Below, in pieces: positions 1 to 13,946 of a stretch of 64,000 bases of DNA (positions are counted from its first letter, which is position 1; each line of letters starts with the position of its first letter). Source of the stretch: Anolis carolinensis (Eukaryota). The position numbers were made by a program, and so were the translations under genes. A model generated the notes under the pieces. The model was not told the DNA's origin and did not search any database. It worked only from the letters and a program-made list of their open reading frames with translations. Location: positions 146,274,897 to 146,338,896 of the forward strand of contig NC_085845.1 of NCBI RefSeq assembly GCF_035594765.1, given 5' to 3'.

Positions 1-256
1 TCTGGCCCTGGAATTCAACAAAAAGTTCCTGTTTTGTAGCAAATTTCCTATGAAGCTGGTGAGGTGGCAGTCCTTTGTGATATTATAATTTTTTCTCAGG
101 AGTAGGTGATAATTTACAATGTAATAAGCTGCTGACAGGTCTATGAAGACAGCTCCAGTAATCTGGTGCCTTTCAAACCCATCTTCTATGTGCTATGCCA
201 GGTTCAACACTTGTTACGTGCAGCTTTTGCCTTTCCTGAAGCCAGCTTGCTGTGGA
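1..256 (-). mobile_element. Vingi/Ingi-clade LINE reverse transcriptase fragment, degraded, runs off the left edge
   Basis: The minus strand reads PQQAGFRKGKSCT*QVLNLA*HIEDGFERHQITGAVFIDLSAAY, containing the non-LTR RT motifs QxGFR and FxDLSxAY, with in-frame stops. Confidence 0.8.
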
Positions 257-529
257 GTCTATACTTGAAGATAATAGAATGGCTGAAGGGGCAAAGGGCA
301 TGCTATAAAACACACATAACCATATCTAACATACTGAAGCAGAATTGCCTTTCCCATGCACACTAGGAAAGTTCAACAGGCCATGCTGGTGAGTCAAGAA
401 TCCAACTTTATTTAGAGAAATAAATGTATTTATCTCCCTCACCCTGAAAGACAAGTGTCCTAAAGAATGGGAGCCCTGAGTCCTTATATCCTAAAATGTT
501 CACCGAGATTACTAGGCCATAGAGCTATT

Positions 530-810
530 ATTATGATGTTTATTTATACCTTGCTTTCTCTTTTTACAAAAGAGACTCAAAGCAGCTTGCAGTAAAACAA
601 AATGACATACAATTTAAAATCTAAAAATATACAAACATTAAAATATAATTAAATATTAATGATATTAAAAAGTAAACAGTTAAAATCCTTAAAAACTGAT
701 TTAAAATGTATTCAAAGCTAAAATCACAGCACCACCTGACTGGATCTTTAAAAAAAAATCCCTTCTTTAAAAGTCTGCCTAAATAAGGGGCAGCCACCAA
801 GAAGGCCCGG
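530..810 (-). mobile_element. Degraded L2-like LINE 3' end
   Basis: tatttatacc...gagactcaaagcagct is the reverse complement of the L2-type tail seen at 51243-51300 and 55110-55160. Confidence 0.5.
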
Positions 811-929
811 GTGCATGCCTGCACAACTCCAGTTAAAGGCCAAAATTAGATAGGCTAAGTCTCTTGGGGCCACAAATAGGTTTTTAGCACTTCACTTTCA
901 AAGTAAGGTATTATGAATAATTAATTAGG

Positions 930-1085
930 ATTGTTCTTTTTTCTTGTGTGCTCTCAAGTCGTTTGGATTTAGGGCGACCTTAAGGCAAGCCTATCACAAG
1001 ATCTATTCAAAGAGGATTGCCTTTGTCTTCTTCTGAGGCTGAGAGAGTGTGACTTGTCATAGTCCGAAGTTGAAACCACTACACA
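930..1085 (-). mobile_element. Old SINE with RTE-type tail
   Basis: ttgtgtgctctcaagtcg...ggcgacctta...ctgaggctgagagagtgtgact is the reverse of the family seen at 17400-17570 and 50445-50630. Confidence 0.55.
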
Positions 1086-1094
1086 CTTTCTGAA

Positions 1095-1345
1095 TTCCTT
1101 TCCTCTCTCCTTCATGCCTCCCTTTCTTTCTCCCTTTTTCCTTCTCTTCCTTCTTTCTATTTCCTACTTACCTTTCTTCCTTTTTTCCCTTCCTCTCTCC
1201 TTCCTTTTTCCTTCCCTCTCTTTTTCCTACTTTTCTCTCTTCCTTTTCTCCATCCCTCCCACCTCCCCCTCTTCTTCTGTCCTTCCTACCTTCCTTCCTA
1301 CCTCTTTCTTTATTTCCTCCTTTCCTTTCTCCCTCACTCCTTCCA
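1095..1345. repeat. CT-rich polypyrimidine low-complexity tract
   Basis: About 250 bp of almost pure C/T. It accounts for the F/S/L/P-rich and K/E/R/G-rich ORFs in the track. Confidence 0.9.
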
Positions 1346-3029
1346 TTCTGGGGGCAGTTGGGACAATGGGAAACAGCTGGCATGAGCGGTTAGGGTGAGG
1401 GGCAAAGAGATAGTGGTTGAGCAGTTGAGGCAACAGGGGTGAGAGGAGGGGCAGTGGGGGGGATGCTTGGCAGGCAGCACCAATGGCTTATACAGGCTGT
1501 ATGTGGCCCACAGGCCATATGTTGTGCAGGCCTGCTCTGTACTATCTGCTACATTTTGTCTACTGATAAATCTGACCCTATTTAACCCTTCACTATCCCT
1601 GCAAAGCCATGCTTAGGAAGAACCACAACCATCTTTTATCTATTTTCCCATTGGAAAGCCTGTGGAGTGTAAATTCAACAATCCTGAATTAAATCCGGCT
1701 TTTAATATTTATCTATTTTAATTTGGCCTTTCGACTCCCACTCCTAAGAACTCAAGGCTGCCAACAAACATCACTAAAAATAGCTTAAACAGTACCATCA
1801 TTGAATTCATCACAGTAGTCTGAGAACATCAAAGTAGATGAGAAAGTCACGTTGAAGATACCTGTCCTCTGAGCCTTCCAACAACAACATAGAAACTGAT
1901 TCTGGAACTGGAATCAACATATGAGAAAGAGCACTTTCCCATGTTCATCAAGCAGTCCCCCACTGGCAATGGTTTTCCTCAGGGGGGTCTCTCCTGTGGA
2001 TCTTAACATCCAGACAGATTTATAATAAGACAAGTGATTCCTGAGATAGCCAGGTCTGAAACCCTGCCAATAAGTTTGTAGGGAATTGGGTTTCCTAGCA
2101 AGAACATTACACTTTTCTAACAGCTCAGCCTCAGAAAATAAAGTTTCCTTTAATGGTGAAACATGTTCTCAGAGAATTGGCTTAGCTGGGAGGCTAAAAG
2201 ATTGAGTTACAAAAATTCCCATTATCTTAATTTATTCAGGATTATTCTAACTCTTTTGTTCAGAAAAGAAAAGAAGACAGTTCCATCACAAAATGTTCTT
2301 GTTCAAGTTTTACAGCAGTGCTTCACACAAAGGAGTGTCCGCTCAAACCTCTCTTCGGGTTTTTTTCCCTAACAAATAGGTATCCTCACAATTACCTTAA
2401 TGTTTCAGCTTATTTTTGCTCGTATTGAAAAGTCATGAAATTCTACTCATTGTACAGAGAACATACCTAAAGAAACCCTAGTATTTTGGCTGCATCCATC
2501 TGTGCCATCAGTTCATTAGAGACAGCTACTGGCAGGAGTGGGTGCAACTTTGATAAGACCATCCTGTGTGAGTGCATAAGATAAATGCCTCATTTATGGG
2601 ATGTAGCCTCAAGTGTCATGTGGGTGGGAGCCATGAAATAGATTTAAGTGCAAATTGCTGTTTATTGCGCTATGTTTCATGATGTCTAGGAATAAAACTC
2701 CAAAGATGATTAGGCAAGTTTCAGGTGGTGTACAGAATATTTAAAGGCATTTTTGTATACATAATTCTTTAACAGAGTTATTTATTCACTAAAGTTTAGA
2801 ACCTAAAAAATGGGAAGCTCCCTTATAGTGAATGTAGGTCAACAGTATCTATGCCAGAGGTGGGGAATCTTTGATCTCCCACAATGTTGTACTGCAACAC
2901 CTACTGGTCATGTTGCCTGGGGCTTCTGGTCATTGAAGTCACCAGGGAGGTCTCTAATGAGCTGAGGTATCTAAAAGACATGCATACCCCCCAACAGTCC
3001 CAATTGATCAGGAATAGTTCAGATTCACT

Positions 3030-3607
3030 GGGCTACATTGGGCTATCTTTGTGTCAAGTTTGGAAATGCCAGTTAGTTCAAAACACAGCAGCCAGTTTTG
3101 TCATAGGAATATCCAGGAGTGAGAATATTACACCTGTACTTAAGTCACTCTACTAGTTGCCAGTTAGTTTCTGGACAAAGTACAAGTATTGGTTTTGACC
3201 TTTAAAGCCCTACATGGTTTGGGTCCAGGTTACCTATAGGATCACCTTCTCCCATACAATCCGCCCTGAACACTTAGGTCCTCCGGGGGGCAGCTACTTC
3301 AGCCAGTCAGAACCTGACTGACATCTGTCACCCTGAGGACCTTTTCATCAGCTGCCCCAAGACTGTGGAATGACCTGCCAGAAGAGCTCTGACAGCTAAA
3401 TCAGCTTTCAGAAGGCACAATTGAAGACCCATCTCTTCTGGCAGGCCTACTTGGTCAATTTTAAGTTGTGCATTTTAATCTGCATTTTATCTGTGGTTTT
3501 AAACTTTTAATTCTATGCATCTTGCTGTATGCCTTTTAATAGTGTTTTAGCTCTTTTTAAAATAATGTTTTATTCCACCTCAAGCCTCATGGAGAGATAG
3601 GGAATAC
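3030..3607 (+). mobile_element. L2 LINE 3' fragment (ORF2 C-terminus and 3' UTR)
   Basis: Reads QLVQNTAA...ITPVLKSL, then after a frameshift LVLTFKALHGLGPGYL and FSSAAPRLWNDLP, which are typical L2 ORF2 motifs. Confidence 0.85.
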
Positions 3608-3611
3608 ATTG

Positions 3612-3879
3612 ACATAGAATGACACAGAAAACGAGATCTATATGCTGGATTTCGTAACACAAAATCACAAGTTGAACACTACCCAAGTGTTTAGGACTGT
3701 GTGATGTATTTTCGGATGATGTGTGCAGATCCCAGTAAGGTGGCCTTTTGCAGTTGACAGATCGTAATTTTGTCAATGTTTATTGTTTCCAAATGCCGGC
3801 TGAGATCTTTTGGCATGGCACCCAGTGCGCCGATTACCACTGGGACCACCTATACTGGTTTATGCCAGAACCTTTGCAG
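3612..3879 (-). mobile_element. R4/Dong-clade non-LTR retrotransposon 3' fragment
   Basis: The minus strand reads LQRFWHKPV*VVPVVIGALGAMPKDLSRHLETINIDKITICQLQKATLLGSAHIIRKYITQS*. Its 5' end abuts (TTA)n at 3880-3891. Homologous to 51300-51761. Confidence 0.8.
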
Positions 3880-3897
3880 TTATTATTATTATCATTA

Positions 3898-4230
3898 CAG
3901 TGTTCCCTCACTACTTTGCAGTTCACTTTTTGCGGATTCGCTGTTTCGCAATTTTTCAATAAACTCTAAAAGCCTATTATAAATCATAAAAAATTACAAT
4001 TTACAGCCTAAGGAAGGGAGGAAGGAGAAGCCGAAGGGAGAGAAAAGGAGCCCAAGTGGCAACAGGAAGAGAAGGAGGCCACACGATTGTTTGATAAAGA
4101 CTCAAAATAGTGTATAACTACTAAAATAATGTATAACTATTAAAATAAATATAGTGTCCCTACTTTGCAGATTTTCACTTATTGCGGGTGGTCCTAGAAC
4201 CTAACCCCCACGATAAGTGAGGGAAAACTG
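3898..4230. mobile_element. Tc1/mariner (Tigger/pogo-like) MITE
   Basis: TA followed by cagtgttccctcact ... agtgagggaaaactg inverted termini. Confidence 0.75.
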
Positions 4231-4649
4231 TTCATTTTTTCAGATATTTTAAACCATCCTGTCCTTTTCTCATCCTCCACTTTCTCCTTTTATCCCCAAC
4301 TCATTTTAATTGCTAAAAACTTGAGTTCCAATTGCAAAAGTATTTTTTTTACTACATTAACTTTGAAGAGGGTAAAAGAGAAGAGGGGATGGGATCTTGC
4401 TTTTCTCAATAGGGTCAGGCAAGGCAACTTCTATAGCCCATCCTAGCTTATATTCTTCCTCTCCCTTTCTCTTCGCTTTTAAAAAACTGCTGAGAACCCA
4501 TCTGAGCACTTTGGCATATGGAGAGGAAGAAAATTAATATGTGTGACTTATATTCCCACCAAGATTTGTAAAACCTTGTCTAGAGACTAGAACTGACTTC
4601 AGCCTGCTGGTTGTTGCACAACATGCAATTTTTTATCAAGTTTCAGCTA

Positions 4650-4897
4650 TCGTGTTAGTTGTTCTTATTTAGTATTACATTGTTATTAATTGTTCTGTCC
4701 ATATAGGTTATTTAAGTTCTTACTGTCAGCTACTTGGTCTGTTATTAAATTTAGAGTTAAGTTGCTTTTCTGTTGTTTAATATGATTTGTCTGATGTAAT
4801 ATGTTTGAATGTTTCCCTTTGGGCATTGAATGTTTGCCATACATGTTGGAAACCCCCCTGAGTCCCCTCGGGGAGATAGGGCGGTCTACAAACAAAG

Positions 4898-4953
<56 letters not shown>
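4650..4953 (+). mobile_element. L2-like 3' UTR ending in a (GTT)n microsatellite (4897-4953)
   Basis: ccctgagtcccctcggggagatagggcggtctacaaacaaag followed by about 18 GTT units. Confidence 0.65.
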
Positions 4954-7234
4954 ATTCCTCATTAATAATTGTTGCCTCTTTGACCACATCTTGACCGTTT
5001 GTGTTGCTTGGCCACATATATCCCAGTTTTCATCTGTGAAATGTTGGAGGGCATGGGCATGTATGGGAGATGAAAGAGGAGGCATGTAACTCAGGAAGAG
5101 TATCGCAGCATACAAGAGAGTAATCTTAAACTGAAAATATGATGTTAGAAAGAGTGAAAAAAATCATTTATTTATTATTTTTCATTTTCATGGGGGTCCC
5201 ATGCCTTTAATCCAAGCAAGTGTGGAGGGCTGATGGCTGACTGCATTTCTTGTGCAAGCCACATATTGCAAAGTATGTCCCAGAGAGTTTCTCAAGTCAA
5301 GGAAACAACCATGTAAACCTCACCAGTTATAATTAAGAAAAAACAATATTAGACAATGTGCCTAGTGAAATTCATTCTTTTACTTTCTCTCAAGAAAAAG
5401 AGAGGAGTGAAGGGATAAAGAGCAGACAATGTGGACGTACAATATGTTCTAAAGAAACCCAGTGAGCTTATCCATGGATGCAAATGGCTGTGAAATTTAA
5501 AAGTCAGTTCTGTTGACTCTGTGAATTGATGTTCAACAAAAGGAGTGGAACTCTCATCCTTATGTATTACACTGATTAGAAAGAAATAGTTTTTTCTCCA
5601 AGCAAGACACTCAATACAGGATGATTCAAAAGAAGCCTTGGGGTGATGCCCTCGTCTACTTATGGTAGTCTGTTTAACATAGTTAGGGTGTCATTCATTT
5701 AGGTTGCTAAATGAAAAATCAGAATGGTTCTCATTACTCTCTGAGAGTCATTTTTCAAATTGCTTTAGGCCTGGGTTTGATAATTAAGTTTTATTTTGGC
5801 AGGTGAACAGAAGAAAGAGTACTCAGCAATTCAGGTGAAGCCCATATTATTATACCATGTACGTGATAGGTAATGATTGAAAATGTTTTTTTGGTTTTTT
5901 TTAATAAGCAAGACTGTGAACTTTCATAGGCTGTTTCACTGTGTCATAGATAGGCAATGGCGGTATTTGCAACTTTAAAGCTTTAGGCTGGTGAGTTTAA
6001 TTTAAATGAACTGGTGTTTGTAATAGATAACACTTTTCATTTTGGTATATTACAAGCATGGCCAATGGAAACTCAAAGACACTTGCACCTATGTAAAATG
6101 AGCTGCTCTCTAGAATCGAATATTTCACCATGTAATTTTTTTGACCTAGCCCGATTTATATTTTGTGCATAAAAATCTATTTTATATATACTTAAAATGT
6201 TTCTCCAATGAATTAACATAAATATAATTTTAGATTTGTATATGAATATTAATGAAAATAAAATCAAGTTATATTTGGCACTTGAGTAATGACTAGCAGA
6301 ACACACACAAAATCCTACTGTACTTTGCTTTGATTGCTTATAATTTTAATCTCAAGTGACATACAACTTGGTACTTAATAATACCTGATGATGGAAAATT
6401 TGTTGTTTTATGCCTCATTACTTACCCATTTCATTTTTAAAAAACGTTTGAAGTGGTGAAATTCTGTCACTGAAATCTGTGATAAACTCCTTTTAATTTT
6501 AATAAGCCTGGAAAGAGATTTCAATTAAGTGCATTGTCATTTAGGCCCAAAATGATTTTCAATTAACAAAAACCTAAAAGAAGACCACACATACTAATGT
6601 TTATGGAAGACAAGTAAGCTATGAGTAAATCTTTCTATAAATAAATCCAGCTATCAACAACGAATTAATGCTATGGGCCTTGGAAAATGAATACTGTCAC
6701 ACAAATCATGGCCCATTAGTTGGACTGGGGTATTTTCTTTCTTATCGCTTTCCCATGAGACTCTTGGGGATGGAAGGAAAATAAAATAAATGCACATTAG
6801 ATGCAAATATTGCATATAAACAGTGCATACAGGCTTAAAATTGAAATATGAGGCATCCATTTGCAATATCCATTACTCAGGCTCATTTCATGGGGGATTT
6901 TCTTCATCATCACACCCTGATTTTGTATGTGCTATTTTGACGGGTATGGCTCTAAAATTTAAGTTGACTTTTTGCCACCCAGCTGGAATCATATGAGTAT
7001 CAGTTAATGTTATAGATTGTGCACAGAGGATTTTTATTTATTACAGGTTAGAAGTGACCCGTGATGTTCATTTTGGCATGAAGAAAACTCCAGGGGAAAG
7101 GAAAGACATGAAAAAGGGACACTCAGAAGGTTTATGGGGTCCAAGGCTGATGTAATGTAATGAGCCCTGCTACATGGAGTCTTGGATATATGTGACTGTT
7201 TCACTGGATACATTGGAGAAGGGAGGGCTTATGT

Positions 7235-7550
7235 CAGGGGTCCCCAAACTTTTTAAAGAGGGGGCCAGTTCACAGTCCCTCAGATTGTTGGAGGGCCGGA
7301 CTATAGTTGAAAAAAAAAAACTATAAACAAATTCCTATGCACACTGCATATCACTTATTTTGAAGTTAAAAAAAAACCCAAACGGGAACAAATACAGCCT
7401 TAATATTAATAACAATCATAATCATAATAAAAATAATAAAGAAGGTTAGAAGAGACCCCTTGGGCCATTTAAGTCAAACCCCCTTCTACCTTTGTGCACC
7501 AAAAGCACAAGCAAAGCACCCCTGACAGATGGCCACCCAGCCTCAATTTT

Positions 7551-7591
<41 letters not shown>

Positions 7592-7692
7592 ATCACACAG
7601 CCCTAAACTCTTGGGAACTTGTGATTTTATGATACAAAATCTAGCATATATATCTTGTTTGCTTGTTTGCATATATACTGTGTCTTTGTGTC

Positions 7693-7727
<35 letters not shown>

Positions 7728-7963
7728 GGATTGGAAGAGACCCCTTGCGCCATTTAGTCCAGCCCCTTTCTGCCTTTTTGCACCAAAAGCACTAGCAAAG
7801 CACCTCCCTTGATAATTAATTATTAATTAAATGCTAATTCAAATACTATTATAAACAAGAAAAACTCTGGAAGGCACGCACCGGGCGAGGAAGGGGCCAG
7901 GGGCCGGATAAATGGCTTCGATGGGCCGCATGTGGCCCCCGGGCCTTAGTTTGGGGACCCCTG
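7235..7963. mobile_element. Composite non-autonomous hAT transposon
   Basis: Perfect 16-bp TIRs (caggggtccccaaact / agtttggggacccctg) and a perfect 8-bp TSD gcttatgt (7227-7234, 7964-7971). The interior holds CR1-like and R4-like fragments and (TAA)n. Confidence 0.92.
7588..7693 (+). mobile_element. R4/Dong 3' end fragment flanked by (TAA)n, inside the hAT element
   Basis: atacatcacacagccctaaactcttgggaacttgtgattttatgatacaaaatctagcata matches 51451-51540. Confidence 0.75.
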
Positions 7964-8028
7964 GCTTATGTTATGGAAGCTCAGAACAAATTGCATCCTA
8001 TTGCCTCCTGTGCGTTCTTCCCCATGAA

Positions 8029-8445
8029 CAGTTCCCAAGTTATGAACAAGATAGATTGTATAGGTTTATTCTTAAGTTAAATTTGTATGTAAGTCAGAAC
8101 AGGTACATTTCTAAGTGTAACTCCAGTCAAATCTATTTTAGCTTTGGACAGCACAGGGAAGGGTTAACACCCCTGTGGTGTTTGTTTTGCTGTCTGTGCC
8201 CCTGTTCAGAAAATTTCACCTTTCTTTCTGTCCCTGTGATAATTGGATTTTGAAAATTTTGGTTTGTTGTGGAAACAAGGATTAGTGATAAAGCTTAACT
8301 TTTTCCCCATGATAACTTTTTCAGGAGTGAATTTTCCTTCCTAGAGGTGGATTTCTTTCACTTCTTGTTGTCTCACCCCCCCCCCCCCCGTTCTTAACTA
8401 TGGGTCATTTGTAAATCGAATGCTTGTAACATGGGAATTGCTGGT
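8029..8445. mobile_element. Tc1/mariner-type MITE, degraded
   Basis: cagttcccaagttatgaaca ... tgcttgtaacatgggaattg imperfect inverted termini. Confidence 0.6.
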
Positions 8446-10969
8446 ATAGTTGTTGGGTCTTTTCATGCCACATCCTTATGCTAAGTAATTGTTCAAGTTC
8501 TGGTGTGGCACAGAAACTAGGGTTTTAGCTGAAAATTTAGTTTCTCCTCATTCCCTAGGAAAAGTCTTGACAATCTAGAAGTCCATTGTCTTCTCAGAAA
8601 ATAATGTTCTGAGCACTGGAAATGTTTAATGTAATAATTAAACTTCTGGATTCGGAGGAAACTGAGGAGTTGGATTATGTGGATTTTCTGACTCCAAAGG
8701 CTTGTATATATCACCTTTATGTCAAAGTGGAACAGAGGTTAAATCTGCATGTCTACAGACCATGTTGAGTGATCCCCACTCCTCCTTCCTGATCATGTGA
8801 GTGCCTTTATTGACTTTATCAGAAGTGCCCAGCAATGGCCAGAAGTTCTCCAAGGCTCTCTGGCAAGTAGCCGTGGCAAGTGACAGTCCACTAGAGTTGA
8901 ACTAGTTTCTGTCGAACTGGACCATCAGGACTCCAGTCACATCACTATTCCATGTCAGAAGCAAAGTGTCTGAACAGCTCCATGGTTTCCAACTGGCCCC
9001 AAGATTTTATATCAGTGTACATAAGCCCCAACTGGTGGCTTGTTGAAGAAATGCCCCTGTCCTTTGAAGTTCTGCAAAGGAGAAAGAACAATGTTATTGC
9101 AGTCATTGTTTGTAAATGCTGACTACCAGACATCTGTCATCCAGAATCCACTCCCTATAAATTTCCTAGCAGCTGATCAGGGTCCTCATTACTCTCAAGT
9201 AATAAATGTCCTTGACTGGCATTGTTCTTGGTGCATGTGTATTCTCAGGATTCTTGACCTTCACTTCATGTCTTTTTGACTTACCCTTTTTGGCTCTCTT
9301 GACTACTGGCTTTGTGTAATGGCTTCTGGACTAGCTGAAACCTTGCACCTTCTCCTCTTTCTCCTTTCTGAATCTGGCCATCGCAGACAAGAAATATGTG
9401 TTTTCTCTTTTATTATTACATTTATTCAGCACCTTGGAGGGGTGGAAGCAAAGACAATCAATTTTCCCTTGTCCACATGCTTATCTACATTGGCCGCAAA
9501 GCCTAATTTGGACCAGAAATCACTTCTGAGTGTCCAAACAATGTCCAGAGACTTTGGTCTATAACATGGGATAAAATCGATTAATCTGGTTCTAATCCAA
9601 ACCAGACCACTATCCACATGGACCAAAATTGCCATCCCCTTTTCCCTACAGTCAGTGGTACAGGGAAAAGGGGATGGATCGGGTCCATGTCACCCTCCTC
9701 TCACTGCAGCAGATGGTCACAGAGCTGTGGAGATATCAAGCAAAGGAGAAGGAAGAAGGATCTGTGGCATTGTAGGACAGAGACATTTTTGCTACCCCTG
9801 GGGCCTCAGAATATTGCCACTCTCAATTAAACTCAGATTTTGGGTATTTGTAGATGCATCCCACTTGAAATATTGCTTGTAGCAGGTGCAATAAATGTTT
9901 GGGACTGTCTTTAGGACTGACCAAGTATCATTCTGCACAAGTAGTTTTAGTTGGACAGGAGAAACTCTGTGATTTTGAGTTCAATTCATTGAGTGAGATT
10001 GTACAACTAACCAAAGAGCATTCAATGCAGACACGTAGAACACTTTCGGCTCAAAATACGGTACAGCTGCAGCAGACTTAAAGTATTTCTCAGAGATGTG
10101 CCCCTGAATATATATCACCTTAACCTTCAATTATACAATCGCTTGGTCAGACCACCAATCAAACACTCTAATCCAGACATCATTGTGCACTCAGATGCAA
10201 CTATGGATGTCCCTTTTCCTTTCTTTGAAGTGAATGAATCCATGCATTCAAACAAATGTGCACACATTGGCTTCTTTAATTGAAAAAGAAGTCACCCAGA
10301 ACAGGAGAGGCTTGTACGCATCTGAGTTAATACAGAAAAAAAACTAACCACAGAATAGAGGTGAAAAATAAATGCAAACTTGGGGGTACTATAGGCAAAA
10401 TAAAATATGTTGGTATTTGGCTTGAAGTGTTGCAGACCAGTTTGTTCGGTGATTATTGTATGCAGCAGAACTGTTTATCTGAGGTGATTGTATTTCGGCA
10501 AAGAAGGCATGACATGCAAAATTTCTTCTCTAAAGCTTGCAAAACATTTTCAAAAAACCAAGAATGTCAGCATCAAACTACGTCTTACCTACCCTATTTA
10601 TTCATAGTGCTCTCTGAATATTTTCAACATGCAATGGAAGACCATTGATGATAAACCACTACCCCATTGATATTGTGTTCAAAATTAATGTGCTATATTT
10701 TTTCCAAAGAATCACAAGTCTGTGATATATTCATTTTGGGATTATAGACAATTTAATTGGTGGGTGAAGCAGCTTTCATTAACTAGCGGGAATGATTCCC
10801 TAACATATTTTTTCATCATCTCAATCCATGTTTGCTTGGGTGTGTTCATGCATTAATTTCTTTGTGCATTTATTATTTAATTAATTTACATTATTTTTAT
10901 CCTACTTTTCTCTCAATGAGGTCCAATGAAACAAATGAAAATGAAAATATTAAAAATGATTTTGCTTCA

Positions 10970-11140
10970 TTGGACTTCATAGAGTTTTCTTAGGCAAGGA
11001 ATACCCAGAGTGATTTTGTCAATTCCTTTCTCTGAAATATAGCCTACAGCATCTAATAGTCATTGGTTGTCCCCAATCCAAAAAATAAACAAGGCTGACT
11101 CTGCTTAGCAGCTAAAATCAGGTGGGACCTGGTGCTTTTA
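10970..11140 (-). mobile_element. 5S rRNA-derived SINE, old copy
   Basis: agcctacagcatc...ctgcttagc...aaatcag is the reverse complement of a 5S-like head. The body matches 59717-59912. Confidence 0.65.
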
Positions 11141-13389
11141 GGGTATTTATTTTAAGATGTTTAATTTTAGGGTACTTAGGGTATTTTATGGAATTTATTT
11201 TGATCATTTATTTAAATAGTACATCACTGTACACTTTACAATAAAAGACAGTTCCCACCCCTCAGCCTTGTAATCCAAAAAAATTAAAAAGGCAATGGCA
11301 GGGAAAGGGAAGGGATTAAGTCCAGCAGATACTGCCTCTTCTCTCCTCCCATGGCCAAGGCAGTGGTAGTTGGAATGTAGGTTATCTTAAACCTACATGT
11401 CTGTATACTACATGTGAAGGAAAGAACTATTAAATGTGGTTTTCCTTTGAAAAAATGGTGCTTATGTGATTAGCATAGCAAACACTACCATTTCTCCAAA
11501 TAAACAAATACACATAGCTCATTAAAATTAAATATGTGCTGTCCTTGCTCAATTTATCATAACAACAAGCCAAGCAAAATATTTATGGACAGTGGAATGA
11601 GAAAGGGCAATTTCACAACCTCAGAAATTACATCTGAATAACACCCTTCTGCAACTTTGGATTTTGTTCCCAACATTATGTTGTATAATCAAATTTCTTG
11701 GTTTAAATGAACATTTATATTCCCATATTTTCTTTCCTAGAGATAAACATTAGCAATTCTACTAAGAGAAGAATAAGTTTTTTAAATTGTATTTTGACTA
11801 TGATAAAAAAGATAATATGATATACATTTGATTCATGTTGTGAAAAACAAAAGTAAAACAGTAACTATAAAAATGAGAAATCTGATCAAACTCTGATTTT
11901 TACTTCGTTGCTTGATTTGAAGAGATAATCAAAGCTATAGGACAAAGGATACAGGGTAAAAATTACTGTTAGTTGGAGATAATGATGCTATCTGTCTCCT
12001 ACAAAAGTCTTTATACAAGTCTGATTAACTTCTTTGTTGTTTCAATTCTTATCTGGTTTCAGAGAATTTCACTGTTTTGTTTTTTTTCCTTTCGCAGTGG
12101 AATAAACTTTCCAAAAGCTAATTTTGGGTTTGTAGACCAGATACTTGTTGCAGCCTGCAACTAGAGTTGAAAGTGAATACTTAGTCACTTCCATTTACTT
12201 ATTTTACTCTAAACTTCCATTTCAGAAGTTTTAAATCTTTGAGTCAGATTATGTTAAGCCCGTACTTAGAAATATGTTGGATGTCTTCAGATAGTAAAAG
12301 TTGTCGGTGTCCTACATGAGCTTCTCTTGCTTCGTATGTCTTGCAAATAAATTTGGTTTGGTTTGTGGTTTGCCATCAGGAGGTAAACACAAGCATGACT
12401 TATACATCTGATTACAAATTTAGAGCCGTGTGTCTCATGGAAAGCCCACTCCTGGAGTGAAAATATGTTAACTACTGAGAACACATATTTTCCCATAATC
12501 ACTCCTAATTTGTCATAAACCATAATGATACCAATTTGTCATTTAACTCTTAATTATGTCCCAGTTAAATTAATCTCGCGCAGTTCATTCCTTTCTCTTC
12601 TGACCTCCCCATTGTTCAGTATTGTCCTGTTGTTCAGGATTCCGTTATGTCACATGGACTCTTTTAAACTTTTCCATTACAACATTGTTCATAGATGAAC
12701 AATGGGTCCATAGTTTCTATGGCTCAACTACACACAAGAAATTACCTCAGATATTCAGATCTGAACAATACAATTATATTTTTATGTTTGTGTAATAGTA
12801 TCTGCATGATAACGGTATGCAGTGTAGTTTAAGGAAATGCTTGCTATATTATTCACTTCTTTATTGTAGCACTTACTTGCTTATTGTTTCTAGATAATTT
12901 TAAAACAACATTGTGGGGACCCTCTGCTTTATCCAGAAAATGGTTTCCCTTTCTTGTAAATATCTATTATTTCCCCATGCAACTATCAGTTTTGGAGGTG
13001 CTGCAATTTTATGATGATATCTCCCTTAAGTCGCAGCTTTTAATGTTACATGGTATATTTTATATGTTATGTTGTCTTCTAAATAAAAAGATTTGAAGAG
13101 TAAATAATTGTGTGAATAATTTTGCATTGATAGTTTTTCAGCAACATTACATGAAACTTCTTTTGTGTTTTCAATTTGAAAAAATATAGATCTGTGTTTC
13201 AGCTGTTTAGCTGTTCAGGGTTTAGCTGACTTTTCCTTAATTCAGGTACAACCAGCAGTTTCACTGTTGTGTGGTGGAGGTTGACTCTCTTAGTTTTGAT
13301 GACAACTGCCTCTGCCACTTACAGGTGTTAATGGGAACTATTAGCACCAACTTCCAGGTGTTAATAGAAATGATACAACTGTTAACCTA

Positions 13390-13718
13390 CATTGGGAATA
13401 CAGTTCAGCATTTGGATAGCTCCTATAACACCCAGAATAGGTGATATAACAAAAATAACAAAAAAATGTCTTGGTTTTTAGACCTGTTCCTGTGGTTATT
13501 TGGGGTACTAATTAAGAAAATTGCATTGGATAGACTGCATCAGCAATAGTTTCATAGATTCTAAGAGCAATTAGCAGAAGATTGGTATATGGCATATGTT
13601 CTATGTTTGAAAAACTAGAGAGGATAGGGGAAATTGGTGCCATTTTTGGAATCACAATGTCAAATATATCTAGAAAAAGAGATAAAATCTGAGGCACCAA
13701 AATATGTGTTTCCCAGTG
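13390..13718. mobile_element. Non-autonomous DNA transposon, probably Chapaev3-like
   Basis: Termini cattgggaatac / gtgtttcccagtg (a CACTGGG-type TIR), flanked by cta and tta. Confidence 0.5.
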
Positions 13719-13946
13719 TTATTAGTAAATATTTGATTTTGTACACTTTTTATGTATATCTATATACCCGGCGTCATGTAAATATTTCTCAGGACTAAAG
13801 GAAGCACAAGTGGAAAAAGTTCAAGAAGCTCTAATCTAAAGGATCTATGGAAAGGGGTGCTATTAAAACCCAGGATAGAATAGCTGCCTTCAAATAATGG
13901 AGACACTAGTTCAACACACAAGTTCAAGTTTTCCCACACTCTATTG

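Larger units (their letters stand above)
814..1534. mobile_element. Old hAT-like non-autonomous element containing a SINE and a pyrimidine tract
   Basis: Inverted termini catgcctgcacaac (814) and gttgtgcaggcctg (1521-1534). No TSD is preserved. Confidence 0.45.

Noticed and set aside
1114-5115. Low-complexity ORFs (poly-L, poly-N, F/S-rich, K/E-rich)
   Set aside because: They are translations of microsatellites and the CT tract.
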